From positions 288,001 through 352,000 of the forward strand of contig CAUVXB020000002.1 in the NCBI GenBank assembly GCA_963555825.3: a stretch of 64,000 bases of DNA, read 5' to 3'. Below are positions 47,409 through 55,834 of this stretch, in pieces. The number at the start of each line of letters is the position of its first letter. Within the stretch, counting starts at the first letter, position 1. The stretch comes from Alphaproteobacteria bacterium (GTDB taxonomy: Bacteria > Pseudomonadota > Alphaproteobacteria > JAAXGF01). Below the pieces are notes generated by a model. That model ran no database searches, had not been told where the DNA came from, and worked only from the letters and a program-made list of their open reading frames with translations. A program made the position numbers and the translations under genes.

Positions 47409-47951
47409 CTAGCCCGGCCTTCTCACCATGGACAGGCGCGTCATCGCGTCGGGCGGAGCCGAGCCGCCAGGAGAAGGCCGCCGAGCGTAGCCTGGGCTAC
47501 GCGCAAGGCCTTCGACGCCGCGGGCGGCCCGCCCGGCGCGACCCTTAAGGGCGGCGGATCTCGGACGACAGGCCGCGTCAAAGCGCTTGCCCGATGCGCG
47601 AGTACTCACTTGCACGATTCCACGGTACGTAGGACGGCCTTGCGCGGTCGTCCGGCAAGGCGCCCGGCGCGCCGTGATGCTGGGCGCATCACAAGCGCCG
47701 GGCAACGCCGCCGGCGGCCGCGCAAGGCCGCCCTGCGGGTCGCGTTTCCCGTCCCCTCGGGGCGTCGGGAACGCTCTGCGATGCCCAGGCATCGCCGTCA
47801 CGCCCCCGCCTGCCGAGGAAACGGGAAACGCGATCCTGCGTGCCGTGGAATCGTGCAAGGGAGTACTGGCATCGTGGCCTGCACGCTTTTCCTCGCCTGT
47901 CGTCCGATATCCGCCGTGCCGCACCTGTCCATGGTGAGAACTCCGGGCTAG
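47409..47951. mobile_element. Non-autonomous fold-back element (MITE-like, nested palindromes)
   Basis: 32-bp TIR (29/32) with CTAG at both ends; multiple internal long inverted repeats; no recognisable protein. Confidence 0.8.
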
Positions 47952-48676
47952 CCGGCGCCGCGGCCGCGGCGAATCCGGGCGTAGGCCTCGTTGATCGTGG
48001 CCAGCTTGGCGTTGGCCACGTCGATGAATTCCTGCGGCATGCCCTGCGCCATCAGCTTATCGGGGTGATACTCGCGTACCAGCTTGTGGTACGCCGCCTT
48101 GGCCTCGGCGGCGCTGGCGCCGGGCGCGAGTCCGAGAATATCGTATGGATTGGTCGCATCCGGCGCGTCGTGGCCGGCCGAAATTCGATCGAAGGTCTCC
48201 TGATCGAAACCGAAGATCTCGGCAACGCGCCGCAGGAAGGCGAACTCGTTGGGATGGATGACGTTGTCGGCGCGGGCGATCTGGAACAGCCCGTCAAGCA
48301 ATTCCTCGAGCACGTGCGGACTGTCGCGGAACAGCTTGGCGACTTGGCGCGCATAGGGCTCGTAGCCGGCGGCGGCGCGCTTCGCCTGGTCGTAGAGCCG
48401 GCCGACGTCGCGCGTCGCCTGGGGCGGCACGCGGAACAGCCGTTTGAAGGTATCGACCTCGTCGCGCGTGACGACGCCGTCGGCCTTGGCCATCTTGGCG
48501 GCGAGCACGATCACCGCGACCGAGAACGCGGCCTGGCGCTGCTCTTCGCTGACCGGGCCCTTGGCAGCGCGCATCTTGTCGACGGCGTGTCCGGCCACCG
48601 TGCCGACGAGCGCGCCGATCGGGCCGCCGAGCGCGAAGCCCGCGGCACCGCCGACAATCTTTCCCCAAATGCTCAT
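47948..48676 (-). CDS. djlA: DjlA-like co-chaperone (TerB-like plus J domain)
   Basis: N-terminal GG.AGF..GGP.G, AKMAKADG, YHPD. Confidence 0.85.
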   Translation of the reverse strand: MSIWGKIVGGAAGFALGGPIGALVGTVAGHAVDKMRAAKGPVSEEQRQAAFSVAVIVLAAKMAKADGVVTRDEVDTFKRLFRVPPQATRDVGRLYDQAKRAAAGYEPYARQVAKLFRDSPHVLEELLDGLFQIARADNVIHPNEFAFLRRVAEIFGFDQETFDRISAGHDAPDATNPYDILGLAPGASAAEAKAAYHKLVREYHPDKLMAQGMPQEFIDVANAKLATINEAYARIRRGRGAG

Positions 48677-48893
48677 CGACCCAGGTTACCGCCCGTCCGT
48701 TGCACGGCGCGCATACTGCCACAACGGCCGCTGCGCGGAAGAATTTTCCCGCACCCCGTATCGGCCTGAGGACTCGCGTTTTGCTTTGCCTTGGGTAACT
48801 ATAACGGCTTCGCTGCCTTCGCCGCATCGCGGATGGAAGCCGGGCGACACCGGCACGGGGCGGCCCTGTGACACGTACCAATTGGGAGGATGC

Positions 48894-50918
48894 ATGAGCG
48901 ACAAGCGTAACATTGCCATCGTCGGACCGTCGCTGAGCGGCAAGACGACGTTGTTCGAGAGCCTGCTGTTCGCCAGCGGCGCGATCGGCCGCAAGGGCAC
49001 GGTCAAGGACGGCACCACGGTGGGCGACAGCGCCCAGGAGGCACGCGACCGTCAGGTTTCGACCGAGGTCTCGGCGGCGAGCACCGAGCACAACGGTATT
49101 TCTTTCACCTTCATCGACTGCCCAGGCTCGATCGAATTCTCGGCCGAGGCGCGCAACGCGCTGATGGGCGTCGACGCGGCCCTGGTCGTCTGTGAGCCGA
49201 CACCCGACCGCCTTATGATGCTGGCGCCGACGCTCAAGTTCCTCGACGACAACGACATCCCGCATTTCGTCTTCGTCAACAAGATGGACCGCGCTAACGT
49301 CATGATGCGCGAGTTCATGCCGGCGATGCGCGCGGTCTCGGCGCATCCCTTGGTGCTGCAGCAGGTGCCGATCCGCGACGGCGAAGCGATCTCGGGCTAT
49401 GTCGAACTGATCAGCGACCAGGCCTACGCTTACCAGGGCAATGGTGCGTCCGAGCAGGTCGCCGCGCCCGAGACGGTGCAGGACCGCAAGGCGGCGGCGC
49501 GCACCGAACTCTTGGAATCGCTCGCCGACTTTGACGACACGTTGCTCGAGAAGCTGCTCGAGGACGAGGTGCCCTCGTCGTCGGAAATCCTCGAGTTCAT
49601 CAGGTCCGAGGTCGCCGAAAATCAGGTCGTCCCGGTGTTCATCGGCATCGCCGAGCACGGCAACGGCGTGCGCCGCCTGCTCGACCATCTCGCCGAGATG
49701 ACGCCGGCGCCGTCGAACACGCTGGCCCGGCGCGGCATCGACGCGGCGGGCGATGCGCTCGCCCAGGTGCTCAAGACCTACATGACGCCGCATGGCGGCA
49801 AACTCTCGCTGATCCGCGTGTGGCGCGGCAAGATCACCGATGGCATCACGCTCAGCGGCGTCCGCGTCGCCGGCATCTATCGGATGACCGGCGCAAACCA
49901 GGAAAAGCTGAGCGGCGCCGAGGGCGGCGATATCGTCGCCTTGGGCCGGCTCGAGGGCATCGCCACGGGCGACACCCTGGCGCTGGGCGGCAACGCGCCG
50001 GCGCAAGGACTGCCGAGCGCCGCGCCGCTGGCGCCGGCCTTCGCCAAGGCGATCACCACCGAAAACCGTGACGACGAGGTCAAGCTGTCGGCGGCGATCG
50101 CGAAGGTGCTCGAGGAGGATACGTCGCTCTCGGTCGGGCAAAACAGCGAGACCCACGAGTTCGTCATGTGGGGCCAGGGCGAGATCCATATTCAGGTCGC
50201 GATCGACCGCCTCAGGAACAAGTACAATCTGTCGATCAACACGGCGACGCCGAAGGTCGCCTACAAGGAGGCGATCCGAAAGTCGACCTCGCAGCATGGC
50301 CGCTTCAAGCGCCAGACCGGCGGCCACGGCATGTTCGGCGACGTCCACCTCGACATCAAGCCACTGCCGCGCGGCAGCGGCTTCGAATTCGTGCAGAAGA
50401 TCGTCGGCGGCTCGGTGCCCAGGCAGTACATCCCGGCGGTCGAGGCCGGCGTGCGCGAGTCGCTCAACAAGGGCCCGCTCGGCTTCCCGCTGGTCGACGT
50501 CTCGGTGACGCTGACCGACGGCGCCTTCCACGCGGTCGATTCGAACGAACAGTCGTTCAAGCTGGCCGCCCGGGTGGCGATGACCGAGGGCATCCCGAAC
50601 TGCAGACCGGTGTTGTTGGAGCCGATCTGCAACGTCACCATATCGATACCCAACGACGCGACCTCGAAGGTCCACGGCGTGATCAGCGGCCGGCGCGGCC
50701 AGATCCTCGGCTACCAGGCCAAGGAAGGCTGGGACGGTTGGGACGAGATCGAGGCCCACATGCCGCAGTCCGAGCTTCACGACCTGATCGTCGAGCTGCG
50801 CTCGTTGACGCTCGGCGTCGGCTGGTACACCTCACAATTCGACCACCTGACCGAGCTGACCGGCCGCCTGGCCAGCGACCTGCTCGCCCGGCACGCGGCG
50901 GAAAACGAGAAGCATTAG
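48894..50918 (+). CDS. Elongation factor G-like paralogue (EF-G2 type)
   Basis: GPSLSGKTT, DCPG, NKMD, GQGEIH, KRQTGGHG, LLEP. Confidence 0.92.
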   Translation: MSDKRNIAIVGPSLSGKTTLFESLLFASGAIGRKGTVKDGTTVGDSAQEARDRQVSTEVSAASTEHNGISFTFIDCPGSIEFSAEARNALMGVDAALVVCEPTPDRLMMLAPTLKFLDDNDIPHFVFVNKMDRANVMMREFMPAMRAVSAHPLVLQQVPIRDGEAISGYVELISDQAYAYQGNGASEQVAAPETVQDRKAAARTELLESLADFDDTLLEKLLEDEVPSSSEILEFIRSEVAENQVVPVFIGIAEHGNGVRRLLDHLAEMTPAPSNTLARRGIDAAGDALAQVLKTYMTPHGGKLSLIRVWRGKITDGITLSGVRVAGIYRMTGANQEKLSGAEGGDIVALGRLEGIATGDTLALGGNAPAQGLPSAAPLAPAFAKAITTENRDDEVKLSAAIAKVLEEDTSLSVGQNSETHEFVMWGQGEIHIQVAIDRLRNKYNLSINTATPKVAYKEAIRKSTSQHGRFKRQTGGHGMFGDVHLDIKPLPRGSGFEFVQKIVGGSVPRQYIPAVEAGVRESLNKGPLGFPLVDVSVTLTDGAFHAVDSNEQSFKLAARVAMTEGIPNCRPVLLEPICNVTISIPNDATSKVHGVISGRRGQILGYQAKEGWDGWDEIEAHMPQSELHDLIVELRSLTLGVGWYTSQFDHLTELTGRLASDLLARHAAENEKH

Positions 50919-50974
50919 CGGCACGGATCGTCGAATTCTGGTTTTCAATCGGGCCACCCAAGGAGCGCTGCGAC

Positions 50975-51379
50975 ATGTCCGACGTCGAGGTCCTGTACAG
51001 CCCGAAGATCGGCCGCGGCTATTCGACGACCACCGCGCATGGCACCAAGGCGGGCGGCTTCGTCTTCGTGACCGGGCAGGTCGCGGTAAAGCCGGGCGAG
51101 CACGGCGTCGAGGCGCGCGGCGAAATCGGCGAAATGGGCACGCTCGAAGAGCAGACGGTGCGGGTCATGGAGAACGTCGAGGCGATCCTCGCCGAAGCCG
51201 GCACGACGCTCGCCCACGTCGTCAAACGCAACGTCTACCTGACCCACGCGGGCGACTTCGATGCCGTTCACGCCGTGCTGGAGCGCTACTTTCAGCCGCT
51301 CGCCACGACCACCGTCGTCGCCGGCCTGATACCGCCGAGCGCCCGGCTCGAGATCGACGTCATCGCGGTGCTGCCCTAG
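50975..51379 (+). CDS. Rid (YjgF/YER057c/UK114) family protein
   Basis: FVTGQ, N.E.IL..AG.....VVK..VYL, LEIDVIA. Confidence 0.88.
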   Translation: MSDVEVLYSPKIGRGYSTTTAHGTKAGGFVFVTGQVAVKPGEHGVEARGEIGEMGTLEEQTVRVMENVEAILAEAGTTLAHVVKRNVYLTHAGDFDAVHAVLERYFQPLATTTVVAGLIPPSARLEIDVIAVLP

Positions 51380-51838
51380 AACGGCGCTCTGCTCATCGAC
51401 GGCATGCCCGCCGAGGCGTTCGGCATCCCGCCGCGCGCGTCCCGTCCGACCACGAACACGGCCCCGATGTCTGCTGTCGGAGGGTAAGCGGACCAAATTT
51501 TTGGTAGCGCGAAACGTCTCAAGTTGATCCAGAGCAGAATATACATTCACTCGATTGCCTTGAGCATGTCACATTGCATGTTTATCATTGAACACATAAA
51601 CTTCAGTATGTGGGTCGTTGTTTTCTCGGCGTGCTTCCCAATCGACTTGACCATGAACAGAAACGAACCAAACAAAGAGACAAACTTTAAACGCGAGCAT
51701 GATTTCAGAACTCCGAACATTCAGAGAAAAACCATTACACAGCGAGGTACAGTGTTGGCACCCAAGCGCAATACGCAGCGCCTGAAGAGCAGCGTACTTT
51801 TGGTGTATCGCACCCGGTTCCTTGGACACAAGTTTGTC

Positions 51839-52750
51839 TCATGCGGCGGGCCTGAGTGACATCGCGGTGTGCCACGCCTGACGAGCTTGAGCGGGGCTCA
51901 GGTAGCCGTTCTTCTCCACGATCCACTGGGCATTGTACTGTTCGACGAACCCGCGGACGGCGTTCCGCAGCTCCGCGATGTTGCGGTAGATGCGGCCATG
52001 GATGATCTGTTCCTTGAGCGTGCGATTGAACCTCTCGGCGACGCCGTTGGTCTGGGGCTGTTCGACGAAGGCGTAGGACGGCTGGATGCCCCAGAACTTG
52101 ATCTGGTTGGTGAAGTGGTCCGACAGATACTGGGAGCCGTGATCCATCCGCAAGGCCAGCCCCCGCGCCGCACCGGCGGAGGTCGAGGCATACAGCCTCG
52201 CAAGCCCCATGGAGATCGGCTGAAGGGCGGCGAAGCGGTCGCCTCGCTTGCACACATGCCAGCCGACGCACTCGGCGTTCCAATGCTCGATGGCGGTGAA
52301 TATCCAGCCCCAGCCGTCGTCCACCGTGAACACCCGAACGCCGTCCGTGCCCCACATGAGGTTGGGGGCATGGGTGATGATCTCACCGACATGGGGATTT
52401 CCGCCACGGCGGCGGCAGCGATGGGGCGAGAGCAGGTTGTTCTCGCGCATCACCCGGAGCCCCCGCTTGCGGGAAACACGGATGCCACGACAGACCCGAA
52501 GCCGAGCCCAGACCTTGCGGTGTCCCTCGCCCTCCCAGGGGGATGCCTCCAGGTCGGCCTCGATGGCCACCAGCAGAGCCTCGTCCGAGATCGAGGGCTT
52601 CGGTCCCCGGCGCTTTGCTGGTGGGCGCTCAGCGGTGGCCTGCTGCCGGGATTTCATGGCGTAGAACGAGGAACGGGCAAAACCCCAGGCCGCACAGACC
52701 CGCTGGAGGCCGTAGGCCAAACCCGTGCCGGGAGAGGTGGCGGCACTCAT
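51839..52750 (-). CDS. IS3-like OrfB, rve integrase core
   Basis: WGTD, DHGSQY, NGVAERFNRTLKE. Confidence 0.92.
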   Translation of the reverse strand: MSAATSPGTGLAYGLQRVCAAWGFARSSFYAMKSRQQATAERPPAKRRGPKPSISDEALLVAIEADLEASPWEGEGHRKVWARLRVCRGIRVSRKRGLRVMRENNLLSPHRCRRRGGNPHVGEIITHAPNLMWGTDGVRVFTVDDGWGWIFTAIEHWNAECVGWHVCKRGDRFAALQPISMGLARLYASTSAGAARGLALRMDHGSQYLSDHFTNQIKFWGIQPSYAFVEQPQTNGVAERFNRTLKEQIIHGRIYRNIAELRNAVRGFVEQYNAQWIVEKNGYLSPAQARQAWHTAMSLRPAA

Positions 52751-53157
52751 CGCCGCGACCTCCGCCGCCCCAAAGGGCCGGACGTCTCCGTCTTGGCCTC
52801 CAGCAGTTCCACCTGCATGATCAACTCCCCGATCCGCTTCATGGCGATGTCCAGTTCCGCCTTCACCGGATCGCCCTTGCGTTCCTTGAGCGAGGCATCG
52901 ATCCCGGCGATCGCCTTCTCACGCCACTGCTCGAGCCGGAAAATCTCCACGCCCAACTGCCGCGACAAAAGTTCCACCGGCTCGCCACGCAAAAGCCGCA
53001 GGGCAACCTCACGCTTGCGCGTCACCGTCCACCGCTGGCCAAGTCCCAGCGGGCCTGCCGGCGAAACCTGGCCCGGGGAAAACGTGGACGAGCCAAGCTC
53101 GCCCTCGTTTACCACAGGCCCATCAACAGCAACTTTGTTCTCAAAATTGTCGGTCAT
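52747..53157 (-). CDS. IS3-like OrfA (HTH plus zipper)
   Basis: KREVALRLLRGE...LSRQLGV, KRIGEL; RBS AAGGAGG; ATGA overlap with orfB. Confidence 0.85.
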   Translation of the reverse strand: MTDNFENKVAVDGPVVNEGELGSSTFSPGQVSPAGPLGLGQRWTVTRKREVALRLLRGEPVELLSRQLGVEIFRLEQWREKAIAGIDASLKERKGDPVKAELDIAMKRIGELIMQVELLEAKTETSGPLGRRRSRR

Positions 53158-54046
53158 GTTCCGGTCCTCCTTGGACACTTCGATTAAGCCAATTCTGTGT
53201 CCAAGGAAATCGGGTCCGACTCACAGCGTACTTTTGGCGATGGGGTTTCTGATGGTGATGGCAGCCTTGGGGCAATCGGCTCACGCTCTAGACGATGATC
53301 CGACGGAGTTCCGGCGCATTCCGACGCAGTTCATCGCGGCGTTGGGTGATCCGGGTGCGACCTCCGGGATTGGCGCACAATTGTGGGGTCTGTGGCGTCT
53401 GGATCCGGGTCCGCGGGGGGTGCGGCTGGCCAACTTCGAGCAATTGAAGGCCGCAGGTGGAGTCGCCCCGGCACAATGGGAATTCGACAGCACGGATTGG
53501 TGGCTGGAAGAAAACGGCTTGATCATGGAGCCGCCAGACTTCTCGGTCCCCGCCGGTAAATACGTCGTCACAGGTAACCGCGAGGTGGTGAGCGTGCTGA
53601 CCATTCATCCCGCAGACGACGATGGTGCTCAGTACTGGGAGCTTGACGATGGCGCGACGCTTTATGATGTGACGCACTTGCGATGCCGCTCCGCGCGCTA
53701 TACATCGACGACGAGTGATGGTTCGTGTTCGCCAGCCAACGCGCAGATGACTGCATTTCCAGTTACGCCGGGAGGCCCGATGCCCCCAGTCGAGGGCTGC
53801 AATAAGCAAGACTACACAGTTCTCTTCATGATTGGTGTAGCTGTGGAAAACTGATCGTCGCTGATTTGTGCTGCATGACGACAGCGCGCTTTACGAAATT
53901 GTGAACCATCAAAATTGTCTGTGCGGAATGGCCGCTTATATGAGGCGCGCCACGCCACGGGGTCTGCTTCGTGCTCGTAAGCCAACGTGAGTTTCGTCAA
54001 AATTGGAAGTTGCGTGTTCCAGTCCGGTTACCGCTCAGTCCGGCGC

Positions 54047-54946
54047 CTATAACAAGTCCTTCACCGCCGCGAAAAACTCGCGAGCTGCGGCGGCGTGATC
54101 GTCGAAGCTCCGCCCCGCAATGCGTCGGTGGTGGCCGACATCGAAAGCGGTGTTGAGAGTGATGTGGGTCGCGCCCAGTTCGCGCCAGCCCGATACCTCC
54201 CGACACCAGTCCTCCGCTGTCGCGGCGCCCATCGAGACCCAGGCGTCGATACCGATCTCGTCCCGGCTGCGCCCTTCGGCCTCGGCGTAGCCCATCAGGG
54301 TCTCGATCTCGCGCCGGGCGGTCTCGCCGGCGGCACAGTGCAGCGGCATCCAGCCGTCACCCACCCGGGCGATACGTCGCAACACATTGTCGTGCTTCCC
54401 TCCGAACCAGACCGGTAAGGGTTTACGGGTCGGCAGGGGATTGATCCCGGCATTGGGGATATGGTGCCACTTGCCCTCGAACAGCACATACGGTTCGCTC
54501 CACAGCGCCTTCATCACCTCGACCTGTTCCTCCGAGCGTACGCCCCGGTTGGAGAAGTTTTCGCCGAGCGCGACGAACTCCGCCTCGTTCCAGCCGATCC
54601 CCACCCCCAAGCGGAGCCGCCCGCCGCTCAGAATGTCCACTGAGGCCGCCTGCTTGGCGACCAGCGCGGTCTGACGCTGGGACAGGACGAGCACCTGCAC
54701 CGAGAGCTCGATGGTTCTGGTCTGGCCCGCCAGATACCCGAACAGGACAAAAGGGTCGTGGTAGATATCATCGGAGGAATCGACGCCGTCCCAGTCGGGG
54801 CGGCTCGTCGGATCGACCCCCACCACGTGGTCGTAAACGACCAAATGATGGTAGCCGATCCCCTCAGCGAGCTGGGCAAAATCCCGGAGCACCGCCGGGT
54901 CGGCGCCGAGGTCGGTCTCGGGCAGGCTGATTCCCAGTTTCATCAT
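54047..54946 (-). CDS. LLM-class (putative F420-dependent) oxidoreductase
   Basis: YDHV, DPFVL, AKQAASVD.LSGGR..LGVGIGW, GDGW. Confidence 0.85.
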   Translation of the reverse strand: MMKLGISLPETDLGADPAVLRDFAQLAEGIGYHHLVVYDHVVGVDPTSRPDWDGVDSSDDIYHDPFVLFGYLAGQTRTIELSVQVLVLSQRQTALVAKQAASVDILSGGRLRLGVGIGWNEAEFVALGENFSNRGVRSEEQVEVMKALWSEPYVLFEGKWHHIPNAGINPLPTRKPLPVWFGGKHDNVLRRIARVGDGWMPLHCAAGETARREIETLMGYAEAEGRSRDEIGIDAWVSMGAATAEDWCREVSGWRELGATHITLNTAFDVGHHRRIAGRSFDDHAAAAREFFAAVKDLL

Positions 54947-55048
54947 CCGACATTCCCCAGATAGCCCCCAATTTCAGGGAAATCGTACCACCGTTCCACC
55001 GCCAACAGAACGGCATCCCGTCCGTAGCCATCCGATGCCCTTATTTGG
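54947..55048 (-). mobile_element. Orphan diverged right end of an IS1380-family element
   Basis: Reverse complement aligns with 57374-57476, ending ggggaatgtcgg. Confidence 0.85.
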
Positions 55049-55067
55049 GGCATCCAAGGTGCCGGCG

Positions 55068-55144
55068 AATGTCCGTTCGTGGCTATGAACGGACGTCCAG
55101 CGGAAAGGTTCGCGGTGTCCGTTTCCTGCTCGTAAGCGGAAGTT
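55068..55144. repeat. Pair of short palindromes of the GTCYGYT...ARCGGAM family (related copies at 51467-51494 and 53927-53988)
   Basis: atgtccgttcgtggctatgaacggacgt and tgtccgtttcctgctcgtaagcggaagtt. Confidence 0.65.
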
Positions 55145-55181
55145 ACAATTCTGAATCTCCGGGCGCCAGGCGCCAAATGGT

Positions 55182-55239
55182 CGGCCTGATACGCCCGAGC
55201 GCCCGGCTCGAGATCGAGGTCATCGCGGTGCTGCCCTGA
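55182..55239 (+). repeat. Duplicate of the rid gene 3' end
   Basis: 53/58 identical to 51322-51379, including the stop position. Confidence 0.92.
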
Positions 55240-55834
55240 TCCTTGGTATCAATCCCGCCGGCACACCACCTTGATGCCGGGCTTGAAGGCGATCCTACAC
55301 CGGATGACCTGAATGCCGTGCCCCGCCAAGAGCAGTCTCAGGCTGCCCGGATTGAAATAGACGCAGTGCGATGGCGGGCTGAAGCCGTCCCAGCTCGTCA
55401 GATCGCGAGGCCGGCGCCAATGGCTGATGTCGGGCGTCGTGATGAAGATCACGCCGCCCGGCCGCACCAGCCTGGCAATCGCCGAAACGAAACTATGGAC
55501 ATCGGGGACGTGTTCGATCACTTCCGAGCAGTAGGCGAGATCGAATTGGGGCGCATCGGTCGCGAACGCTTCGACGGTGCCATGATAATAGTGATTTTCC
55601 GGATAGTGCTGCCGCGCATACGCGATCGATACGCCGTCGAGGTCGAGACCGTGGGCCTCGAAGCCGCGCTCTCTGGCCGCTTCGACCATGAAGCCGCCGT
55701 TGCAACCGATATCGAGAAAAGAACCGGCGGCGACGTACCGCGACAGATACCGCATGCGCTCACGCGAACGCCGCAGCTTCCTGTCGACCTTGGCAAAATA
55801 GCCGGTCGCGGCGCCGTCGTAGGCGTCGTGATAG

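Larger units (their letters stand above)
51804..53223 (-). mobile_element. IS3-like insertion sequence
   Basis: TG...CA ends; TIRs tgtatcgcacccggttccttggacac / tgagtcggacccgatttccttggacac; 14-bp flanking direct repeat. Confidence 0.92.
51752..53854 (+). pseudogene. Secreted hypothetical protein split in its signal peptide by the IS3-like element
   Basis: Rejoined: VLAPKRNTQRLKSSVLL-AMGFLMVMAALGQSAHA-LDDD...; mature part to 53854 is an intact frame. Confidence 0.75.

Noticed and set aside
47409-47951. ORFs of 113-171 aa within the fold-back element as real genes
   Set aside because: No recognisable motifs, low-complexity GC-driven composition; the sequence is better explained by its base-pairing symmetry.
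51655-51668. GAAC-N6-GAAC as a LexA box
   Set aside because: Spacer is 6 rather than 7 nt, in an A-rich tract.
51524-51859. 111-aa ORF (and opposite 86-aa ORF) in the AT-rich island edge as independent genes
   Set aside because: Only the part from 51752 is supported, as the start of the split secreted protein; the rest has no motif and runs into the IS.
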